Positions 51,093-61,200 of a DNA stretch of 64,000 bases are shown piece by piece (the stretch's first letter is position 1; each line of letters begins with the position of its first letter). The notes beneath the pieces were generated by a model. That model ran no database searches, was not told the origin of the DNA, and saw only the letters and a program-made list of their open reading frames with translations. Source of the stretch: Asterias rubens (Eukaryota). The translations under genes were made by a program, and so were the position numbers. The stretch spans positions 6,386,001-6,450,000 of the forward strand of contig NC_047079.1 in the NCBI RefSeq assembly GCF_902459465.1. Direction: 5' to 3'.

Positions 51093-52150
51093 TGTTTGTC
51101 AAGATCTAGACACTGTGGGTATTCTCAGCCTGTGGAGTTAAATAATAATAAAAATGAAATGGTAAGAAAATATGTTGGTAAATATATGGGTTAAATTTTT
51201 TTTTAAATAAATATGGTAAGGAAATGTTGTTATCAAAAACCATTTATCACCCATCAGGCCTGTACTTCTGTATGCTTCGTTTTTGAAAGGGCAAGAGCAC
51301 CAAGAATTTTCTCCTTGGATTAGAATGGTAAAAGGGCAACTTTATTTGAGGAAATTGACGGCTTTAAAAAAAAAAAATTATGAGCGACGCGGGCAGGCTG
51401 GCCAGTTTTTACTTGCACCATCCCCATGTATATTTTTGCACCTGATTGGCTTACGGCCCCATGGTTTCACGCGTGCGCCCAGCCACAGTGCGGTAATCTT
51501 CAAATTTTCTGAAGCAGCACTTTAAAGGAAGAAGAAGAAGAAGAAGGCTTGGTTGGCCATTCCAATCCATCCATGCACACTCCCAATTACAAAGCCACAG
51601 CGCGCAGGTTGTGTTGTGTTTATTTTGTTTGCTTATCATTTTCTGGACACTGTGACTGTCGATGGCTCAAATTCACCATTCCAAGACAGTGATTTAAACA
51701 AATAATTATGGGAAAACAGGCCACTTACTCTTTAACATGAATTTACAGGCTGAAATAAACGACAAAGATCATCAATCAAGAATCATTCATTGGTTGATAC
51801 AAAACTACTCCACTTGCAATGATCTCAGGGGGGCGCAGCATAGAGGGCGCAGCCATCTTTTATTATGAACGAGGTAGAAAGTTAAAATGTTAATCATTAT
51901 GAAAAAAATTACTTTCGTAATTAAAAAAATACTTTTGGACATACAAGTAATAGAAAATAAGAAAAATATTTTGTATTTATGGTTAAATAAATGGTTTAAA
52001 ATTAAATCACAAAAATATTGGCAATATGCTTAGTCTGTTCCCCTGCCAGTAGGCCGAGTTAAAAGGTATCCGAATTCTTGATAAATGATACCAGGAACTT
52101 GACCATCCGGGGGTTTTGGTAATTTCCCGTCGAAAATTTCATCACCTCAC

Positions 52151-52282
52151 CTTGAACCGTCTCCTTATTTCGGCAATTCGGTGACAAAGATTGATATGTT
52201 TAGGGCTTTTTGTTTGCCAGAGTAGTTCTGTTTAATATTGGCCTTATTTTAAGAGTGTACTTGTGCTTCAAGAGTGAGCAAG
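52151..52282. promoter_or_regulatory. Putative compact bidirectional promoter and 5' UTRs of PEX10 and OPA1
   Basis: A minus-strand donor (AAG|GTGAGG, exon end 52151) fits the minus-strand acceptor at 51129 that precedes the PEX10 ATG. The OPA1 ATG is at 52283 on the plus strand. Confidence 0.5.
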
Positions 52283-55200
52283 ATGATAAGAGTTTTGTCG
52301 GGCAAGTTCGGGTAAGTTTTGATGGTGAATTTGTGCACATCTGAATGAGTGACAGTTTTGTGTTGGGGAGTGGGGAGTGGGGGGGGGGGGGGGGGGGGGG
52401 GGGGGGTGGTCTAAAACTTTCTAGTCTTATTAAATATAATTATATATTCAAATACTTTTGGACACACCTTTTTGTTTGTTGCTTTATTGAATATTGTGTT
52501 ATCAGTGACTGTTAGTGTTGATAAAAAAACCTGTGAAAGCAGTTTTTTGTTTTTTTCTGCCCATTTCATAAAAAATACTTTACTTACGCGGGTAGGCCTA
52601 CTCATAAACCAAACTATTTGTTTACTCACTGTAAATTGTAATTGACTGTACTCCATGGTACTACCATTGCAGTCTGACGCACCAATGTGGCGTGAGAGCT
52701 AGGTGATGGAACATTTTTTTTGTTCAGCGAAATCCGTCAGCAATCTGGGTGGATTTGAAACTTTTTAAAATACATTCAGATTTCTCATTTGGAATTTTAT
52801 TTTTGTGTTAAATTCCCAGCCAACAATGTGGGCAGCAACTGAGACTGGCTGTTCACAAGAGGGCGCCAGATCATCATGTTACCAAGGCAACCCTGTCGAG
52901 CAGTCCAACAACAGTATCTCTCCGACTTCTACCGAGTTCAAGAAACCTCATCAATATTCAAGCTGCAAATTATTCCGGGTTCTCCAAGATGTATCTCTGC
53001 GTTCGTCCACGAGTGAATCTCAATGACTCAAACATGAGGGCGATGTCATCCATGATGCGTGTGCGATCGCTGCTGAAGGTCTTTAAGATTAGATACTTGG
53101 TGATAGGTGGCGCTGTTGCCGGAGGAGTCACCCTCAAGTCGGTGAGATTTTAAACATCAAATTATCTCTCTGAAGTTTAGTAACAGGTTTGTGTAAGCTT
53201 GCGCTAAGGGTTCATCCACCGTGCCAAAGTAGCTCTTCAAATCCAACACTTTTTACTTGCACTATCTGGGATGTTGCTGCACTTGACAGCATTTCCGGCT
53301 ATTTTTACTTGGAGCAATGCGCAGCATGCAGTGCATCTTATCCTCACACATGTGAGGCTGCACTTTTCATAAATGAAGGAAGGAAGGGCAGAGAGTCTTC
53401 TGCAAGCTTTTAGAAAAAGTTACCTGCTGGATTTTTCTTTTTTTTCTTTTGTATTCAACAGACGTATAACTCCTGGATAGACAAGCTCCCTGATCTCTCA
53501 TGGATGGAGAAGTACACCCCAGACAACGCCACCTTCCGTCACGCTGTTGCAGAGATGAAGAAACTCGCCGGTCACATTCATCTACCCGATAAGGGTTGGC
53601 TGAAGGGCACCATGCCCACCAAGGACACGGTCCGCTCATGGATGCCTGAAATGCCTCAAGGTGTGTGTGACGCAAAGTTTAACAGTTGCGTATGAGCTGG
53701 TTCACAGTTTAGACAAAACTGGAGACAAGTGAACGCTTTCTTCGCTTTCACATTTGGTTTGGTATTTTCTCTGCCTTCCAAGATGCATTGAAATTTTGGT
53801 ATATTTAACCACAACAGTTCACTTTTCTCAGGCAAGGAATTACATGGAGGCCATTTGCCAAATAAAAATTCATAAAAAAAAATAAAATGGATAATATAGA
53901 TAACCCTGGTGGAGTTCAGTTTAAAGGATTTGGGTACTTTTTAAAAATGTCCATAGATTAACATTAAACTTTCAGGGTTTGAAGATAATGATAGTGGAAA
54001 GCTTCCCTTCAAATATTACTTACTGTGGTGCTGTACTTTTTGAGAAATTAGTAAAACAATGTCATGAAAATATGTTTGTGAATGAGTAAAATAATTTTTG
54101 TCTCATGAGACGAAAATTATTTTCATGACATTGTTTTACTCGTTTCCCAAAAACTACAGCACCTCAGCACGTAATATTTTCAGGGAAGCTTTCTACCATC
54201 ATTATCTTCAAACTGTGCAAGTTTAGTGTAAATTTGTGGACATTGTGTTTTTTGTCCTACACAAGTTACATAGACCCTTTAACATTCAGCGTAATCCATC
54301 CTTAATTTTTTACTAACATTTAAAAAAAAATTAATTAAACAGATATTTCAATCATGATTTGTTTAAACCATGAAATCAGATAACAAGGAAACTCAAATGA
54401 TAATCTACACATATATGTCCCCCTTTTTTCTACCTTCAATTTATTTTCATCCAAATTATGACAAAACCACACCCCTTAAATTTTTGGTTTTTGTTGCGTC
54501 TTTATTTTATCCCTTCTATGTTATCGCAGATCCCATGTTTGAGTTCATGTACCAAGGGTTGCCAGAAGGCAGAGAAAATATCACAAGTTTTAAAGGTAAT
54601 TTTGTGGAATTCTTTTGACGAAAACACAAATGGATGCATGACATGGGTGCAGTTTGTAGCAAATATTTGTACCCCAACCCAGGCCTTGACATAACCTAAG
54701 GCACCCACAGCAATTTTAATTGCACGGCAAAAAAACGTGTGATGCTTGATAGCAGTGCAGTGATTGAGTTCAGAGCAAGTATTTGGTGAAACCCTAACAC
54801 AGGCCTCGAATTAACCTACAACACCCACAGCAATTGCTGTACTGTGCCTTTGCTGTGGTGGCACTTGCAAGTTTTCTTTAAAAATTTACATGTTCCCCAG
54901 AGGAAAATTGCTGTGCCCCTCCAAGAGGGAAATGCAAGGCTTGCAAGCCAGTAGCTGCTGAGTGTTGCAGGCCACAGCACCTTGTAAACATGGTGCTGCA
55001 TAAATTTGACTCTTAACTAAACTTTTTTCTCTCCAGTTTATATTTGTTCTAAAGCCTTGAGTACCTTATTGGTAGATACTTTAGCTGTATGAAATTCCAG
55101 TATTAGTATTATTATTACACTGAGTAGACAAATTCAGTAGCATAATGTTTGTGTATTTAATAGAGAATTATTTACTTAGAAAATTGTCTTCAAATATAAG

Positions 55201-58200
55201 ATGTGAGCATTTCTTCTTGGAGATTGCCTGGTCGCCTGTAAATTGCTTCATAGGACATGGCCCTTAACTTACTCACTTGCCTACCAAGGTCCACTTACCT
55301 ACAGGTGACTTAAATCCCAGTTGTTTTCTTTGTTTTAGGAAAAAAGGGACAAGTAACGCTATCCTCTTTACAAGCTGATGTAGGGACTGAGGACAAGTCT
55401 ACTGGATTACCTAAAGTTCCACTAGGAGTAAGTCTGTTTTGTTAATTCGTTAGTCACGATTACCCAGTCATGGCTCCGCACAACAGTTACGTTACAAACA
55501 ATTGACAAATGTGATAACAAAAATGAGCTCTTAAAGTGGAAGAACTAACCGTTGATTTATTTTGTTGTTGAATGTTTCAGGCGTCCGATAAAGACAAGCT
55601 TGAAAAAGCAACAGAGGAGTTCCTAGAAACACAGGTAAAGTCCTGAAGATGTGATAAATTGATCATATGGGCACATTAATTTTTTACAATTTCTTTGTAA
55701 ATTGCGAACCCCCCCCCCCCCCAGGTCATAACAGCACCCCAAGAGTATTCTTTCCAATTCTGAAAACTTTGTCGCCATGTGAGCTTTATTTTCTTGTTTT
55801 ACAACTAATTCATTGCAGGATCTGAACCAGTCGTAAGCAACTGGTCGGCTGGAGAAACGTTTATTCTCCGTTACTAAATTGAGACACCCTTGAGTGTGAT
55901 TAAGCAATGTATATGAGCTGCCTCTGCTATTATTTTTTCGTAGCTGAGGTATCAACGAGAGATTGAGCGATTGGAGAGGGACAACAGACGACTGAAGAAG
56001 TCTCTTCTACTTAGGGGAGACAAACAATCCAGGGTTCGCAAAGAGAAGGTAAACATCAACAACAATATTAAATATTAGTAATAGTACTTGATTGTATTTA
56101 TATTGCACTCTCTCAAGGACAAGCGTGTTTGAGGGCGCTCCTTCATTAAAGAAAACAGCCAACATTAGTCAATTTTTAAAGACAACATATGCATGAAATA
56201 ACAAGGCAGTTTAAGGTCAAAGTTCATCAGGTTTACACAATCATTGTTTTCAAACATCCCATGTTAGACTTGTGAGATCCAATTTGAACGTTTACCCATT
56301 TTTGAAAAATGAAGGCAATTTACAACAAAAATACTAATGTGAACATTTCATTTTTAACCTTTCAAATTTCATGCAGAACTTATTTGTTAAATATTTTTGT
56401 TTTGCAGATGTCGCTGATTGACATGTACTCTGAGGTTCTGGATGAGCTAGTTGGCTTCGACGACTCATACCAGATGCAAGATCATCTTCCAAGAGTAAGC
56501 GCCTTAGGAGATACACAGGGATCTCAGATTGTTATCTTTTTTATGTCTGCATGATGACAAAAGTAGCTGATATTTTCTTCACATAAAGAAATCCGCTCTT
56601 TGATCTACTTCTGAAACAGAAATAAACTGTGTCGAGGCTGACCAAGCTGCAAACAGCCAATCTCTCTCACGTCTGTGTGATGCAAGCTTCACACTTTATA
56701 TTTGATTGTGACTTCTTTCTTTTTTAGGTCGTTGTTGTCGGAGACCAGAGTGCTGGAAAGACGAGCGTGCTGGAGATGATCGCTCAAGCAAGGATTTTCC
56801 CGAGGTATTCATGATCTCCCGACAAATCAGAACACAAAGTTTTTCCCGAGACAATATGGCCCCATCAGGCTGGTGTTTATATCTGGTGTCATCATGGTCA
56901 TTGGCTTAAAATGGCTGAGAATATGTATATTCCCCCTGAACAGGATGGCAGTCAATTGCAGGAAACTCCCCTGCTCTCGCCGCTACCATTTGTACCCATT
57001 TTCCCCCTTTTTCATCCCCTTTTTTTGTATGCATGTTCACCCCAAACAAGGCTAAATAAAAAGCCACTATTGGTATGGGGCTACAAGAAGTGATTATTTA
57101 ATGTGAAAAGAACTTCTTTTTTTTGGGGGGGGGGGGAGCTGAAGGTAGGAAATGATATTCCTTTTAAAACAGTCGAGATTGTAGGATGGAATGAAATGTG
57201 CACCAGGCAAGGAGTTCCAAAGAGATGCAGTACGTGGAATAAAGATGTTGGGTGGAGAGAAGCAATTATGAAAAAAGTGCCTTGCTCAAGGGCACTGGGC
57301 TGACCAGGCAAGGATTCAAACCCAATTCTGTGAATCAACAATTCCAACACATTTTTTCTTACCAAAGTTTACACTCCTTTTACAATTAACTTTGACATGT
57401 TCCTTTTCAGGGGGTCAGGTGAGATGATGACGAGGTCACCAGTCAAGGTCACATTGAGCGAGGGACCTCAACACGTCGCTCAGTTCAAAGACAGCAACAG
57501 GGAGTTTGACCTCTCCAAGGAGACCGAGGTAACTACATCTTGAAAATATCTTTCGTTGGAAACCAAAGTTTACCAAATCAAAAATTTCACAAAAAGTCTT
57601 TAAAGGCACTGGGAATGCTTTGTAATGACTCAAAATATATATTGGCATCTAAACTTATTTTGTTACAGAGAAATGGAGAGATGTTGATAGTATAAAACAT
57701 TGTGAGAAACGGCTCCCTCTGAAGTATCAAATTTGAATACTTGAAAGACTTGAGATCTGAAAGCACACAATTTTGTGCAACAAGGGTTATTTTCTTACAA
57801 TATTTTCTTTCAAATTCAATGACCAATTGAGCTCAAGTTTTCACAGGTTTTTTGTTTGTTCATATGTTGGGATACACCAAGTAGGCTTAGTGGTCTTGAC
57901 AATTGCCTACCGTGTCCAGTGCCTTTAAGGAAACAAATTTTTCAGATAAATAGTTAACTTGAGGATGAAAATTTGTATTTGTTTATTTTATGTTTCTCAA
58001 AAAATGAAGTCAACAATTCAGGGGATGGATTTTGATGGCATTCTTGTTTTGTTTCCAATCTTGTGATTACCAGCTTAAGGCGTTGAGGCAGGAGATTGAA
58101 TTGAGGATGAAGAACAGTGTACAACAAGGGCAGACCATCAGCACAGATGTAAGAAATAGTAAAATTTGAGTAAATAGAATTAGCTGTTGCAAAGTGCTTA

Positions 58201-61200
58201 CCAATCAAAGGGACCAATGGTTTAGCTTCAAAAAGTAGTTAATGGCCAGGGGCTAATTTCAAAGAGCTGCTTAAGCAAAGAAATTGCTTAAGCACGAAAA
58301 CAGCTTGCTTATTTTACACATGTTACTGCCCAAAATTGTATGCCATATACATTGTTTGTGACTGGTATCTAGCTGCTGTTTACTTAGCATAACAATTGAG
58401 TGGAGTCTTGGCCGGTAATCTGATTTTACTTAGCTAGGTTTTTTGCTTAGGCAACATTTTTTGCTTAAGCAGCTCTATGAAATTGCGCCTTGATGTTTTG
58501 ACCCTAGCAGATTCTTTCTCGAGGGCTGTAGTGTAGTCTAGGCTTCAGCCCTTGAAAACGACTCTGCTATGGTTAGAGTGTCGGGCCATTCACTTTTGTT
58601 TGCACATTTTTTGTTTTGAGTTATGATTTTGAGTAGAGAAGACAGTGTATACTTTACTTCCTGAAACTCTGTTTGTAAACTTTCCTGTAGGTGATCTCTC
58701 TGAGTGTCCGCGGACCTGGTATACAACGGATGGTTCTAGTCGATCTACCTGGCATCATCAGTGTAAGTAAATAAATGAGACAGTCACCAGACTCCTTTGA
58801 TATGATTCTCTGTTACTGTTTTTTGTTTTCGTATGTGACCAGGATGTTATTAGAGTCGATAAGAAGGGATACTGAGGAGAATAGCTTTGCCGTTCACAAT
58901 TATTTATTCTGGAAAATAGGAGAGGAGAGAGTCTGTTATAATGGCGCTGTCTCTCGTGAACATAATTTGAAAGTGAGTGAAAATGTGACTATGAGGCATG
59001 TGAGGGCGCACGTGAAAACAGGTTAATGTGCATAAATAAACGATTCTAAGATGAACTGGATTGGCGGAAGGATAAAAAGTAAGGTAAGTTTACAAATGAA
59101 AGAAAATAGTACATTTAAAGGAAAAATAAGAAAACTCTGTGGGGTGTCTTTATAACTGTCAAACGTATATAAGTAACTCTCATTATTATTTGGTTATACT
59201 TGTTACCCTTACACCGATGTGTGTTAGCACTGGGTACTCAGTACTTTCCCAAATTCTGTGCAAAAAATCACAGGCATATACTCGGATCACAACGAGTAAT
59301 TTACCAACCAACACTATTCAAGTCATTCGGTAAGGTCGTCCTTAATCACTGTTTTCAAATCAAATGCATTTTGCTTCCTTATAACAACTACATGGCACTG
59401 TTTGTGCCAACAGAGGGTGCTAGCACGGCTAGTTCAGTTCTGACAATTTGAATTGCTGTGATTTTTGTCTTGCAGACTGTTACTACAGGGATGGCACCCG
59501 ATACTAAAGATAGCATCCAGAAACTGAGTAAAATGTACATGAACAACCCCAATGCTATCATCTTGTGTATACAAGGTAGGCACAGCCCATCAATCAAATT
59601 TTGTAAACAAAATTATGAGAGAAAACGTTACATCACCGCTTGAGGGGGGGGGGGGGTTTACACTCAACTAAATTGAGCTATCGGCCCAAATCAACTTCCA
59701 CCATGGGGTGTGTTGACACCTACTCCTGGGACTGAAACAAGGTTACCCTCTTCACAGTCTGTAAGGATGTGGGTATGTGTATCATCCACTAGGAGCCTGG
59801 CTGGTAGAGCAGAATGCTCTAGGACATTGTGTTTACATGCTGAAAACTGTGCATGGTTTTTCACTATTTTCTCCTGACTTGCCTAACGGATTCAGCCCAA
59901 ATTTACACAGGTTTGTTAGTTCATGTATTATGGTTGATCACAAAACATGAACACAGTCTGCAACTATTTTCTCATCTCTACCAATCATGTATGTTTCCTT
60001 AACAATTTGTTGTTTGGGTAATGTTGACAGACGGTGCGATAGACGCAGAGAGGAGCATAGTGACAGATATAGTGAGTGAGATCGACCCCCTGGGTAAGAG
60101 GACCATCTTCGTCCTGACTAAGGTGGATCTTGCAGAGAGGAACTCAACCAATCCAAGTAGGGTAAGTTTGAAGAATTTTCCTTGGATAATTCTCGGGGTT
60201 TTTCCTCCCACGTCTGAAACTGGAACTTCCTTCCTTGTCTTCACTCCGTTGGTTTCTTGGCTAGTATGGTCATTAAGTTTTCTGAGAGTTTTTGGCATCC
60301 AGAATAAATGAAATGTATGTAGAAGAGACAGTTGATCTCAATGGGAGACTTTCTGGGACGATAGAGGGCAGCAGACTTACCGGGTAAATCCATTGTTCTC
60401 AGAATTATGCGCATGTTCAGAACTACGTAAACAATGGAAATTTACCCGGTATGTCTGCTGCCGCCTAGCGTTGGAAAGTCTCCTATTGTCTCTATGGGTA
60501 TTAAGTATAGCTTTATTACTCAATAGAATTGAAACGTATATTCAGACCCAAAATCAATATTATTCAATTTCTTGTTGTATATTTTTATAAAAATCCTTTT
60601 CCTCCATGCAGATCCAGCAGATTCTCGCAGGAAAGCTGTTTCCGATGAAAGCCCTTGGGTACTTCGCTGTTGTGACTGGAAAAGGTATGAATGAAGTCTT
60701 AATAAAATTTCACTCCCAAACAGTAAAAAATTTGAAAATGAAATTGTTCACAACTAGTTCTGAAATTTATTGAGTATTTTTCTTGAGTTTCTTGTTTGTT
60801 TTCTCCCGCTTAGGCAATACAACCGACAGTATATCAACTATAAAGCAATATGAGGAACATTTCTTCAGGGGCTCTGCACTCTTCAAGTAAGTAACGATAG
60901 ACTCAAGGATTCAGCTTTTCTTTGCTCAATCTATGAACACTATTTAAACGTTATCCAGTCAGTTTTCATTGTGGTTTATAACCTCACTTTTTTAGTTAAA
61001 TCAAAAGGTGCATCCCCTTAACGTGATCCCTTTGCTGCCGCTTCCCAGGTTGAAGCATAAACTCGGGTGTGACAGGTTAAATGGCTTCTGACTGGCACCC
61101 CTAAACAAAGATATTTACAAAATAGGGAGCCTGCCCACATTAGGGCTAGACAGCTCAGTTTGTAGAGTGCCGGCACAGTTATCTGGATGTTGCAAGTTTA

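Noticed and set aside
56554-56615. SECIS element (AUGA...GA hairpin)
   Set aside because: Helix II does not register with the GA quartet and the site is intronic, not in a 3' UTR.
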